A stretch of DNA of 64,000 nt from a virus. The position numbers and the translations under genes are program-made. Below, piece after piece: positions 9,405-18,568 of this stretch. The first letter of the stretch is position 1, and every line of letters begins with the position of its first letter. The notes below the pieces were generated by a model. It did no database searches. It saw only the letters and a list, made by a program, of their open reading frames with translations, and was not told the origin of the DNA. The DNA is taken from the IMG/VR virus record IMGVR_UViG_3300032003_000001, positions 1 to 64,000 of that record; one strand, written 5' to 3'.

Positions 9405-9887
9405 GTGGCAGCACAGCGCGGCGTGTACACGGTGAGTTTTAGCGAGCAGACCATCGCCGCCGCCTCCGGCGACTACGACCTGTTCGAACTGGTGCCGGCC
9501 GACGACCGGCCCATCGAGCTGGTCGCCCTGTTCCTCGGCAACAAATCCGAGGTCGGCGACGCCCAGGACGAAATGCTGTCCATCAACATCATCACCGACT
9601 ACACCAGCTCGTCGAACGGCACCTCGACGACACCACGGCCGCTGGACTCCCGCGACGGGGCGGCCGGGTTCACCGCCGAGGTTCTCGGCGCCACCGTGGC
9701 CACCACGGGCACGCCGATCACCACCCATGCAGACACCTTCAACGTCCGTGCCGGATGCCAGCTGATCTTTCCAGAGATCATGCGGACGAAGGCCGACCAG
9801 GGCGACACGGCGATCTACATCCGCCTCACCTCGGCCGTAGCCGACGATCTCACCCTGTCCGGAACCGCGTACGTCCGCGAGCTGTAG
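9405..9887 (+). CDS. hypothetical virion-module protein
   Basis: 160-aa track ORF, GTG start after GAGGAGG. Confidence 0.5.
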   Translation: MAAQRGVYTVSFSEQTIAAASGDYDLFELVPADDRPIELVALFLGNKSEVGDAQDEMLSINIITDYTSSSNGTSTTPRPLDSRDGAAGFTAEVLGATVATTGTPITTHADTFNVRAGCQLIFPEIMRTKADQGDTAIYIRLTSAVADDLTLSGTAYVREL

Positions 9888-9895
9888 GAGGCGCG

Positions 9896-10909
9896 GTGCC
9901 GCTGTTCGGGCCGGACACCACCTGGCAGCATGTCCGGCCCCGACAGCGCCCGGTGCCGTCGGTCACCGCGGGCGGAACGGTCTTCACGCAGGACCTCGCC
10001 GGCTCCATCACCCCGTCCGGCGTGCTGCAGCGCAGCACCGGTAAGGCGCTCACCGGCACGCTCACCCCGGGTGGCGTGCTGCTGCGCGCCGCGGGCAAGA
10101 TCCTCGCGGGTTCCGCCGCCCCGACGGGCGCGCTCATCAGGCAGACCGCGAAAACCTTCACCGGCACCCTGACTCCGAGCGGCACGCTGGCGACGATCCG
10201 GGCGATCCTGCGCACCTTCGCCGGGACCATCACACCGACCGGGACGCTGACCAGGCAGGACCAGAAGCCACTCGGCGGATCGGTCACCCCCGCCGGGGCC
10301 CTGGTCAAGCAGACCACCAAAACCTTCGCCGGCAGCCTCACGCCCACCGGGGCGCTCAGCGTCATCAAGGCGGTCCTGCGCACCTTCGCCGGGACCCTGA
10401 CCCCGGCGGGCGCCCTCGCCCGGCAGGACCAGAAGCCACTGGCCGGCACCCTCGCCCCCGCCGGCACCATCACGAGGCAGACCGCGAAGCGACTCGCCGG
10501 CACCGTGACCCCCACGGGTGCCCTCGCGGCGGCGAAGGCCGTCCCGCGCTCGTTCGCCGGCACACTCACCCCGTCGGGGTTGCTGGTCCGGCAGGCCGGG
10601 AAGGCGCTCGCCGGCAACCTCACCCCGGCCGCGGCGCTGACCCGCACCACGACCAAGACCGTCGCCGGAACCCTCACCGCCACAGGCGCGCTGCTCAAGC
10701 AGGCCGCGAAGCGGTTCGTCGGCACCGCGGCACCCGCCGGCGCGACGACCACCCAGACCATCGTCGGGGGCGCCTTCCACCGCGCCACCTCGACGGCCTC
10801 CATGACCGCCCGGCGCACCTCCACCCCGGCGGTAGCCGCCCGCCGAGCCTCCACGGCAGCCGTGACCGCCCGGCGCACCTCCGTGCCGACCGTCACCGGA
10901 GGTGAGTAG
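9896..10909 (+). CDS. tandem-repeat protein (14 x ~18-aa AGTLTPxGxLxRQxxKxx repeats)
   Basis: GTG 9896 in the frame of track ORF 9755..10909. The repeat array is read directly from the translation. The C-terminus has 3-4 TARRTSxPxV repeats. Confidence 0.65.
   Translation: MPLFGPDTTWQHVRPRQRPVPSVTAGGTVFTQDLAGSITPSGVLQRSTGKALTGTLTPGGVLLRAAGKILAGSAAPTGALIRQTAKTFTGTLTPSGTLATIRAILRTFAGTITPTGTLTRQDQKPLGGSVTPAGALVKQTTKTFAGSLTPTGALSVIKAVLRTFAGTLTPAGALARQDQKPLAGTLAPAGTITRQTAKRLAGTVTPTGALAAAKAVPRSFAGTLTPSGLLVRQAGKALAGNLTPAAALTRTTTKTVAGTLTATGALLKQAAKRFVGTAAPAGATTTQTIVGGAFHRATSTASMTARRTSTPAVAARRASTAAVTARRTSVPTVTGGE
9998..10771 (+). repeat. 54-60 nt tandem coding repeats, about 14 copies
   Basis: Repeat units AGSITPSGVLQRSTGKAL / TGTLTPGGVLLRAAGKIL / ... 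/ VGTAAPAGATTTQTIVGG. Confidence 0.8.
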
Positions 10910-11808
10910 TGGCCGCCGAGGTGTTCTTCACCAACGCGAGCGAACTGGCGACCCTGACCAACACCTTCGAGGTGTCCGGGGTCGCCACGGACCCGACCAC
11001 GGTGTCCCTGATCGTCACCGACCCGTCGGGCACCACGACGACCTACACCTACGCACTGGCCGAGATCACCAAGGACTCGACGGGCGTCTACCACAAGGAC
11101 ATCGCCTGCTCGACCGCCGGCACCTGGCAGTACGTGTGGATCGGCACCGGCACCGCCACCGACGTGGTCGCCGGGACCTGGGCCGTCGTCTCGACCGCGC
11201 TGCAGAACCTCTACTGCACCCCGGAGATGCTGAAGAACCGCAAAGGCATCACCGACAGCTTCGACGACTTCGAGATCCTCGGCGCCTGCCGGGCGGTCGC
11301 GAGGTGGATCGACGAGCAGTACTGCGAGCGGTTCTTCTACCGGATCACCGCGACGAAAACATTCGGCGCCGGCGACTGGTACTGCCTGAAGGTCCCCGAC
11401 CTGGTCAGCATCACCACCCTCAAGACCGACGAGGACGGCGACGGCGTCTACGAGACCACCTGGACCGCCGACGTCGACTACCAGCTCCTGCCGGTCAACG
11501 CCGCCACCGGGCTGGAACAGAAACCGTACAACGAGATCAGAGCCATCGGCTCCCGGCTGTTCCCGGTGATATACGGCCGGGGCGTGCGGACCAACCGGGT
11601 ACAGATCGCGGGAGTGTGGGGCTGGCCCGCTGTCCCCGCACCCGTCACCGAAGCAGCGAAGATCCTGTCCGGCGACTACCTGAAGCTGGGCGGCATGGCC
11701 TTCGGGGTGGCCGGCTATGGCGAGTACGGCGCGGTACGCGCCCGGATGAGCAACCCGGCCATGGAAATGCTCAACGCCTACCGGAAGAACCCGGTCCTGA
11801 TCGGCTGA
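10909..11808 (+). CDS. head-tail connector/adaptor protein (gp6-like C-terminal domain, extra N-terminal beta-rich domain)
   Basis: 299 aa. The C-terminal two-thirds (LYCTPEMLKNRKGI...FDDFEILGACRAVARWIDEQY...) resembles gp6-like connector proteins. Position supports the call. Confidence 0.6.
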   Translation: MAAEVFFTNASELATLTNTFEVSGVATDPTTVSLIVTDPSGTTTTYTYALAEITKDSTGVYHKDIACSTAGTWQYVWIGTGTATDVVAGTWAVVSTALQNLYCTPEMLKNRKGITDSFDDFEILGACRAVARWIDEQYCERFFYRITATKTFGAGDWYCLKVPDLVSITTLKTDEDGDGVYETTWTADVDYQLLPVNAATGLEQKPYNEIRAIGSRLFPVIYGRGVRTNRVQIAGVWGWPAVPAPVTEAAKILSGDYLKLGGMAFGVAGYGEYGAVRARMSNPAMEMLNAYRKNPVLIG

Positions 11809-11822
11809 AGCGGCGGTGAGCG

Positions 11823-12239
11823 TTGGCCACCATCAGCCAGATCCGCGACGCCATCGGCACCCGCCTGCTGACCCTCGACCAGATGCGGGTCCAGGACGAG
11901 TTCGGCGAGGACCCGCCCGTGTCGGCCAATGCCTGCGTTGCGGTGGTCCAGTACGCCGGAGCGACGTACGACTCCGTCTTCGGCGGTCAGGGGGACGCTC
12001 TGCTCTTCGGGGTCATCGTCCTGGTCAGCCGGGGGTCCGACCGCATCGCGATCGACACGCTCGACGCCCTCAGTGACCCCAGCCCCGGCTCGACCACCTC
12101 GGTCCGCAACGCGGTCAACGGCAGCCTCGGCGGGGTGGTGGCAGCGGCCACGGTCGCCACGGGCAGCGACTACAAGGACTACCCGATCGGCGAGCAGAGC
12201 TACGTCGGGGTCGAGTTCGTCGTGCAGGTGATGACCTGA
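11823..12239 (+). CDS. head-tail joining / tail-terminator-like protein
   Basis: 138 aa with a TTG start. The call rests on size and position between the connector and tail tube genes. Confidence 0.45.
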   Translation: MATISQIRDAIGTRLLTLDQMRVQDEFGEDPPVSANACVAVVQYAGATYDSVFGGQGDALLFGVIVLVSRGSDRIAIDTLDALSDPSPGSTTSVRNAVNGSLGGVVAAATVATGSDYKDYPIGEQSYVGVEFVVQVMT

Positions 12240-13264
12240 TGCGCTGGCTCGCCGCCGAACCTGGCCCGCAGTTTTCCGTGTTGGACGTGCACACCGGCTA
12301 CGTGGAGGCGCTGCGCGCGGCCGGCGAAACGGTGGTCACCTACCCGCTCGGCGCCGCCCTCACCTTCTACGACTCCGTGCTCCTGCAGTCCGGCAGCCAC
12401 ACCTTCCACAAGGCGCTGAGCGGACAGCAGGCCACCGAACTGGCCGCCGACCGGCTCGCCGGCGCGCTGTACAAGGTCCGGCCCGACGTGCTGCTACTCA
12501 CCAGCGGGTTCTTCATCGACACGGACCTGCTCGACGTCGCCCGCCGCGACGGCGTCCGCGTCGTGGCGATCCTGACCGAGCAGCCGTACGAGCACGCCCG
12601 CGAACTGGACCTGGCCCGCCACTGCGACCTGGTCCTGCTGACCGACCCGGTCAACATCGGAGACTTCCGGGGCGTCACCCGCGCCGCCCACGCCCCGCAC
12701 TGCTACCGGCCCGACGTGCACCACCCCGGCCCCGCCGACCCAGCCCTGGCCTGCGACCTCGCGTTCGTCGGCACCGGCTACGCCTCCCGGATCCGGTTCT
12801 TCGAGGCGATGGATCTGACCGGGCTGGACGTGCTCCTCGCCGGCAACTGGCAGCAGCTCGACGAGGACTCGCCGCTGCGCCGGTACGTGGCCACCGGCCC
12901 CGACGACTGCCTCGACAACACCCGGGCCGCCGACGTGTACCGCTCCTGCTCCGTCGGGATCAACCTGTACCGCCGCGAAGCCGAGTCACCCGACCGGATG
13001 CAGGGCTGGGCGGTCGGACCCCGCGAGGTCGAAATGGCCGCCATCGGCTGCTTCTACCTGCGCGACCCCCGCCCCGAGGGCGACCAGCTGCTCCCGATGC
13101 TGCCCACCTTCCACAGCCCGGAGCAGGCCGCCGACCAGATCCGCTGGTGGCTCCACCACCCCGACCAGCGCGCCGCGGCCGCGCTCAAAGCACGCGACGC
13201 CGTTCAGGACAGAACCTTCGACCGCGCCGCCGAGCGGCTGCTGCGGCTGCTGGATGAGGAGTAG
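12239..13264 (+). CDS. CgeB-like (GT1-fold) glycosyltransferase
   Basis: 341 aa. LAFVGTGYASRIRFFEAM...LLAGNWQ...GINLYR...REVEMAAIGCFYL resembles the CgeB/DUF3880 family. Confidence 0.6.
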   Translation: MRWLAAEPGPQFSVLDVHTGYVEALRAAGETVVTYPLGAALTFYDSVLLQSGSHTFHKALSGQQATELAADRLAGALYKVRPDVLLLTSGFFIDTDLLDVARRDGVRVVAILTEQPYEHARELDLARHCDLVLLTDPVNIGDFRGVTRAAHAPHCYRPDVHHPGPADPALACDLAFVGTGYASRIRFFEAMDLTGLDVLLAGNWQQLDEDSPLRRYVATGPDDCLDNTRAADVYRSCSVGINLYRREAESPDRMQGWAVGPREVEMAAIGCFYLRDPRPEGDQLLPMLPTFHSPEQAADQIRWWLHHPDQRAAAALKARDAVQDRTFDRAAERLLRLLDEE

Positions 13265-13267
13265 ATC

Positions 13268-13672
13268 GTGGGACGAATCGCCGGCAGGAATGCCGCCATC
13301 TACCTGGGCGCAACCACCTCGGCGGCCGCGAGCCCGCTGAGTTTCCAGAACAAGTGGTCGATCAAGTTCACGTCGGACAAGATCGACGTCACGTGTTTCG
13401 GCGACGCGAACAAGAACTACGTCGCCGGCCTCCCCGACGCCCAGGGCGACCTGTCCGGCTTCTTCGATGACGCGTCCGCCCAGACCTACCCCGCCGCGAC
13501 GGACGGCCTGAGCCGCAAGTTCTACCTGTACCCGTCGTCGAACACGCCGACCGTGTACTTCTTCGGCACCGTCCTCGCCGACCTGTCGATCGACGGGTCC
13601 GTCGCCGGCGCCGTCGAGGTGTCTGCGTCCTGGAGTGCGGCAACACAGATCCAGCGGGTACCGGCCACATGA
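13268..13672 (+). CDS. major tail (tube) protein
   Basis: 134 aa. GRNAAIYLG...DKIDVTCFGDANKNYVAGLPDAQGDLSGFFD resembles the TP901-1/phi13-type tail tube. Position is upstream of the chaperone and tape measure. Confidence 0.6.
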   Translation: MGRIAGRNAAIYLGATTSAAASPLSFQNKWSIKFTSDKIDVTCFGDANKNYVAGLPDAQGDLSGFFDDASAQTYPAATDGLSRKFYLYPSSNTPTVYFFGTVLADLSIDGSVAGAVEVSASWSAATQIQRVPAT

Positions 13673-14199
13673 TCCAGATCGGGTTCCGCGGCACCGAGGA
13701 ACTCGACGACCTGGCCCAGCGCCTCGCCGAGGCTCCGCGACGGCTCCGCGACGAACTCCGCAAAGGGCTCGCCGCGGCCGCCCGACCCGCGGTACAGGAT
13801 CTCCGGCGGGAGATCCGCGGCGTGTCGATGGCCCAGACGAAACGGTGGGTGCCAAGGTCCCGCCGCCTCGTCGGAAACAGCCTCGGCCGGGGCAGCAGCC
13901 CCCTGCGCTCGCCCATCGCCGCCGCCGTGCAGGTCAAGGCCGAAGTCAACGGCGACGGGGCCAGCGTGCAGATCCAGCTCGACGAAGCCCAGGTCCCGAC
14001 CCGCGGCCGCTGGCTAACCCCATACGTCGTCGGCCGCAAGAAGCGGCTGCGGCACCCGTTCATGGGCCGCTGGCGCTACGCCGTGCAGGCCACCGGCGAC
14101 CTCAACGTGTGGTGGCCGACCCTGCAGAAACACATGCGCCGCTTCGCCGCGGCGCGGGATGCCGCCGCCGCGAGCACCGAACGCAGTCTGGAGGGCTGA
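13669..14199 (+). CDS. HK97 gp10-like tail-completion protein
   Basis: 176 aa, ATGA overlap. RLRDELRKGLAAAARPAVQDLRREI... is gp10-family-like. Its order after the tail tube is unusual. Confidence 0.5.
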   Translation: MIQIGFRGTEELDDLAQRLAEAPRRLRDELRKGLAAAARPAVQDLRREIRGVSMAQTKRWVPRSRRLVGNSLGRGSSPLRSPIAAAVQVKAEVNGDGASVQIQLDEAQVPTRGRWLTPYVVGRKKRLRHPFMGRWRYAVQATGDLNVWWPTLQKHMRRFAAARDAAAASTERSLEG

Positions 14200-14200
14200 C

Positions 14201-14701
14201 GTGCCACGCATCCGCCTGTGCGACTCCGACCGGGAGCGCTACGGCGGGCCGGAATGGGTGGAGTTGCCCGCCCTCGACCTCATGGACGAGGACACCGGAC
14301 TCATCGAGGCCATCGAGGAGGCGTGGGACCTTTCCCCCACCGAACTGCTGCGCGGGGTCGCCCGTAACTCGACGAAGGCGCTCCGGGCGATCATCTGGGT
14401 CGCCCGGCGGAAGGCCGGTTGCAACGACCCCGTGGCCACCTTCAAACCGAAGGTCCAGAAATGGTCGGGGATCACCTACGAAGCGCTGCCCGCTGAGGAT
14501 GCCGCCCTGGCTGATGCCGACCCCCCAGCCAACCGGGCGGACCGCCGCGCCGCCAAGGCAGCTGGGAAAAAGAAGAGCACCGGAAGGTCAAAGCGCTCAT
14601 CGACGAGCACCACATCGACTTCCTCCGCGTCCTCCACTCCCAGCCCCACGACGTCCGACGCTGGTCCTACCGCCAGTTCCTCACCGCCGTCGCCTACCTA
14701 G
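14201..14701 (+). CDS. tail assembly chaperone (G-like, zero-frame product)
   Basis: GTG 14201 is 2 nt after the upstream stop and lies immediately upstream of the tape measure. The zero-frame tail after 14575 is S/T/P-rich with lower GC3. Confidence 0.6.
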   Translation: MPRIRLCDSDRERYGGPEWVELPALDLMDEDTGLIEAIEEAWDLSPTELLRGVARNSTKALRAIIWVARRKAGCNDPVATFKPKVQKWSGITYEALPAEDAALADADPPANRADRRAAKAAGKKKSTGRSKRSSTSTTSTSSASSTPSPTTSDAGPTASSSPPSPT

Positions 14702-14727
14702 AGGCCCGGGCTGACGAACGGGGGTAG
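14564..14727 (+). other. candidate -1 frameshift site (GGGAAAAAG) and GT-like extension ending 14727
   Basis: The -1 frame is open from 14515 to 14727. It reads EEHRKVKALIDEHHIDFLRVLHSQPHDVRRWSYRQFLTAVAYLEARADERG with about 88% GC3, against about 70% in the zero frame. Confidence 0.5.
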
Positions 14728-14729
14728 CC

Positions 14730-16928
14730 GTGGTCACGCTGCGCGTCGATGTCGAAGCCGCCCGCGCCCGCACCGAGTTCGCCAGCGCCAGCCGTGCCGT
14801 TCAGGGTTTCCGCGGGTCGCTGGCCGATGCCGAGCGGGAAGCGGACCGGCTCGGCGACGAACTCCGGGTTGCCGACGCCCGGCTCGCGCAGTCCGTACGA
14901 GAGTTCGAGGCAGCTGAGCGGGCCGCGGACGCCGCCGCGGACGAGGTGCGCCGGCTCACCGCCGACGTCGCCGCGGCCGGCGCCAACCCGCCACGCGCCC
15001 TGACCCAGGAGCTACGACGGGCCGAGGACGCCCTACGCGCCGCGGAACGGGAGGAAACCCGCCTCCGCGACCGGATGGAGGAAACCAACGAGGCCGCCCG
15101 CCGCACCCGCCGCTCCTTCGACGACGCCGGCGACGAGGTTGCCCGGATCACCCGGGAACTGGTCGCCGCGAACGTCGAGGCGGCCCGGCTCAGCCGGCAG
15201 TTGGAAGCGGCGCAGCGCCGGGCCAACAACCCGGGCCGCAGCGCCCAGCGGGGCCTGCTCGGCTTCCGGCAGCAGATCTCCCAACTGCTCGGCGGGCAGC
15301 AGAACGGCGCCCGGCAGGGTTTGGGGGACATGCTGCGTGACGCGTGGGCGGCCATGCCCGTCGAGGTGCGTGGCGCCATCGTCATCGCCGGCGTCACCAT
15401 GGCGGCCATCTTCGCCGAGGCGGTGGGGGCGGCCGTCGCCGGACTGCTCGTCACCGCGCTCGGCGTGGGGCTCGCCGGGGCGATCGCCGCTTTGGCGGCA
15501 TCGACGTCGAACGTCGTGCAGCAGGCGTTCAAGAACGTGTTCAAGCCGATCGGCGACGAGGCCGTGCGGCTCGCCCAGATCGCCGAGGGCCCCCTCGTCC
15601 ACGCCGCCCTGGAGTTCGGGGACGTCTGGACCGACGTCGGCGGCGACGTCCGCGAGATCTTCCAGACCATCTCCCCGGAAATCGCCAACCTCGCCGACGG
15701 GCTCGGCGGGTTCATCCGCAACGTCATGCCCGGCCTGAAAGCGGCAGCCCAGGCCGCGGTTCCGCTGCTGCAGGAACTGGCCCGCAGCCTGCCCTTCCTC
15801 GGCGAAACCGTGTCGATCTTCTTCACAGAACTCAGCCGCGGCGGCGACGGCCTGGTCAAGGGCCTGCGGCTGGTGGTCCAGGTCATCGGCGGCGCCATCA
15901 TCGTGCTCGGCCAGCTGTTCGGCTTCCTGGCCCGCCAGTTCGACCGCGTCACCAACGGGCTGGAGATCATCCTCGGGGTGCTGACCCGGATCCCGGTCCT
16001 CGGCCGGGCCTTCGACGGCGCGCTGGAGTTCATGCAGAACTTCAACAACATCTCCGACGGCACAGCCCGGTCGCTGGACAACACGGGCGCCTCAGCGGAC
16101 GCGACCGCGCTGGCGATGGGCCGCCAGACCCAGGCGACCTCCGCCGCCGCACGGGCCGCACACGACCTGTCGACGAAGATGGCCGAGATCATCGAGGGTG
16201 AGCTGGGAGCCAAGGACGCGGCGATCCAGTTCGAGGCTGCGCTCGACGCGGTCACCGAGTCGGCCAAGGAGAACGGCCGGAGCCTGGACATCAGCACCGG
16301 CAAAGGCCGGGCCAACGCCTCCACGATCCTCGACGGCGTCCGGGCCGCAGAGGCGAAGCGGCAGGCCGACATCGACCTCGCCGGCGGCGAGAACGCCAGC
16401 GCCGCCGCCGTGGCCCAGGCGAACGCGAAGTACGCGCAGCAGGTCGAGCAGATCAGGGCCGCCGCCTACGCCGCAGGGTTCGACAAGGCGCAGGTCGACG
16501 CGCTCATCGGCAGCCTGGGCCGGATCCCGGCCAACGTCCGCACGGTGGTCACGACCGAGTACCGCACGTCAGGCAACATCCCCCAGGACCAGCGCGTCGG
16601 CTCGGGCAACATCAAGGGCTACGCCGCCGGCGGCACCGTGGTACCCGGACTGGCGATGGTCGGCGAGCACGGACCGGAGCTGATCACGTTCCGCGGCGGC
16701 GAGCGGGTCCTGAACGCCGTCGAGACGGCCCGGCTCACCGGAACCCGGGCGGCCGGGTCGGACCGCGCATCGGCCCTGGCGGCGAAGGCATCCGCCGCGT
16801 CGCCGCCGGTCTACAACGTGTACGTCACCGCCCCGGTCGGCTCCACGCCGGCCGATGTCGGCGGCGCCGTCGTTGAATCGATCAAGGCGTACGAGAAGAC
16901 CAGCGGCAAGGGATGGCGAACGAACTGA
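14730..16928 (+). CDS. tape measure protein
   Basis: 732 aa. Coiled-coil N-terminus, hydrophobic Gly/Ala-rich centre, position after the chaperone. Confidence 0.85.
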   Translation: MVTLRVDVEAARARTEFASASRAVQGFRGSLADAEREADRLGDELRVADARLAQSVREFEAAERAADAAADEVRRLTADVAAAGANPPRALTQELRRAEDALRAAEREETRLRDRMEETNEAARRTRRSFDDAGDEVARITRELVAANVEAARLSRQLEAAQRRANNPGRSAQRGLLGFRQQISQLLGGQQNGARQGLGDMLRDAWAAMPVEVRGAIVIAGVTMAAIFAEAVGAAVAGLLVTALGVGLAGAIAALAASTSNVVQQAFKNVFKPIGDEAVRLAQIAEGPLVHAALEFGDVWTDVGGDVREIFQTISPEIANLADGLGGFIRNVMPGLKAAAQAAVPLLQELARSLPFLGETVSIFFTELSRGGDGLVKGLRLVVQVIGGAIIVLGQLFGFLARQFDRVTNGLEIILGVLTRIPVLGRAFDGALEFMQNFNNISDGTARSLDNTGASADATALAMGRQTQATSAAARAAHDLSTKMAEIIEGELGAKDAAIQFEAALDAVTESAKENGRSLDISTGKGRANASTILDGVRAAEAKRQADIDLAGGENASAAAVAQANAKYAQQVEQIRAAAYAAGFDKAQVDALIGSLGRIPANVRTVVTTEYRTSGNIPQDQRVGSGNIKGYAAGGTVVPGLAMVGEHGPELITFRGGERVLNAVETARLTGTRAAGSDRASALAAKASAASPPVYNVYVTAPVGSTPADVGGAVVESIKAYEKTSGKGWRTN

Positions 16929-16936
16929 GGTGACCT

Positions 16937-18199
16937 GTGGGCGTCACTGGATGGAACGGGGTCACCCTCACCGTCGAGGTTGCCCTGTCGGCCGCGACCA
17001 GCGTCTACGGGGTGTGGGACACGGCGATCTGGGACTCGTCGACCTGGGGCCCCGACGTGGTGTGGACCGATGTCACGGCCTACCTGCGGCGGGCCGCGAC
17101 GAACCGGGCATTCTCCCGCGGGGTGCTGACCTGGCAGGCCGGGTCGGCCACGGTCGTGCTCAACGACCGCGACGGCCGGTTCAACCCCGCCAACCTGTCG
17201 GGGCCGTACGTGTCTGCGGGGGTAACGCAGATCCGACCCATGCGCCCGATCCGGATCACCGCCTCGTACGCCTCAGTGTCCTACCCGGTGTACCGCGGCT
17301 ACGTCACCGACTGGGGCGAAGCGTGGTCCGGGGGCGCGGTCGGCAAGGGCGACGCCCTCACCACCCTGACCTGCGCCGACGAGTTCGTGATCCTCGCCGG
17401 CGTGGACGGGTTCGCGGTCACCCCGGTCGGGACGGGGGACATGACCGGCGCCCGGGTGCACCGGTGGCTGGACGCCGCCGGCCACACCGGCGACCGGGAC
17501 GTTGACCTCGGGGTCAACACGTTGCAGGCCACGGACCTGGCCGACGACACCCTGCAGGGCCTGGAAGCGACCATGGCCGCCGAGGGCGGGGCGCTGTATG
17601 TCGATGCGGCCGGCGCGGTCGTCTTCGACGGGCAGACCGCCCTGATCGACAACAGCCGGTCGGTGGTGAGTCAGGCCACCTTCGCCGACGACGGGACGGG
17701 CCTGCCGTACGTCAGCGCCGAGTTGTCGTACAACTCGGACCTGATCGTCAACTACGCGGCGTTCACCCGGACCGGCGGCACCGCCCAGACGGTCGCCGAC
17801 GCGACCAGCCGCGCCCTGTACGGCACCCGCCGCCGCACCGAAACCAGCCTGATCTGCGAGACGGACGCCCAGGCTCTGGCCCTGGCGCAGTGGCAGGTCC
17901 AGCAGTACAAGGACCCGGAGCAGCGGATCGCGAAGATCACTATCAAGCCCCGGAAGGCGCCCTCGACCCTGTACCCGCAGGTGCTCGGCCGGCTGGTCCG
18001 GGACCAGATCACCGTCAAGCGCAACCCACCCGGCTCGTTCGCGATCACCCAGGCATGCCACATCGCCGGGGTGTCCCACGACATCACCGCGGACGACTGG
18101 ACCACCACCTGGCAGCTGTGGTCGGCCACCCCGTACGTCGCGTTCGCCAGCTCCCGCTGGGACACCGGCCTTTGGGATAGCGCGGTCTGGTTCTTTTAG
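16937..18199 (+). CDS. distal tail (Dit-like) minor tail protein
   Basis: 420 aa directly after the tape measure. N-terminal region is typical of siphovirus 'phage tail family' proteins. Confidence 0.65.
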   Translation: MGVTGWNGVTLTVEVALSAATSVYGVWDTAIWDSSTWGPDVVWTDVTAYLRRAATNRAFSRGVLTWQAGSATVVLNDRDGRFNPANLSGPYVSAGVTQIRPMRPIRITASYASVSYPVYRGYVTDWGEAWSGGAVGKGDALTTLTCADEFVILAGVDGFAVTPVGTGDMTGARVHRWLDAAGHTGDRDVDLGVNTLQATDLADDTLQGLEATMAAEGGALYVDAAGAVVFDGQTALIDNSRSVVSQATFADDGTGLPYVSAELSYNSDLIVNYAAFTRTGGTAQTVADATSRALYGTRRRTETSLICETDAQALALAQWQVQQYKDPEQRIAKITIKPRKAPSTLYPQVLGRLVRDQITVKRNPPGSFAITQACHIAGVSHDITADDWTTTWQLWSATPYVAFASSRWDTGLWDSAVWFF

Positions 18200-18208
18200 G
18201 GGGTCCGG

Positions 18209-18565
18209 GTGCTCGACGATGACGTGACGGTGGTCGACTGCGCCAGGTCCAGCGGTGTCCTGCTGCCCGAGGTCACCCTGTTCGTCCACCCGATCGACAC
18301 CCTCCGGCACCCGACCTCGCCACCTGGCTGGCGGTGGGCGGTGCACGCCGGCGGCGGCCCACCCGGCGACCTGCGTCGGTGCACGAACGCCGGCTGGTGC
18401 CCGGACGAGAAGGCCGCGCTCGGCGAGGGTGAGCAGAACGCCGCCACTGCGGTCCAGGCCGTCCGCGTCTTCGGCGTTCCCGCCGCACTGCGTGTCCTAC
18501 GACTCCAGTCCGACCCGATCCCCGCTGGCGAAGACCGGGTGCGGCTACTGCGGAACGAGGTGTGA
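18209..18565 (+). CDS. hypothetical protein
   Basis: 118-aa track ORF with a GTG start. Confidence 0.4.
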   Translation: MLDDDVTVVDCARSSGVLLPEVTLFVHPIDTLRHPTSPPGWRWAVHAGGGPPGDLRRCTNAGWCPDEKAALGEGEQNAATAVQAVRVFGVPAALRVLRLQSDPIPAGEDRVRLLRNEV

Positions 18566-18568
18566 CGG

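Noticed and set aside
9998-10771. Possible CRISPR-like array, because of regular 54-60 nt periodicity (also considered for 42595-42827)
   Set aside because: The repeats are contiguous and in-frame coding units with no unique spacers. No leader or cas genes are present.
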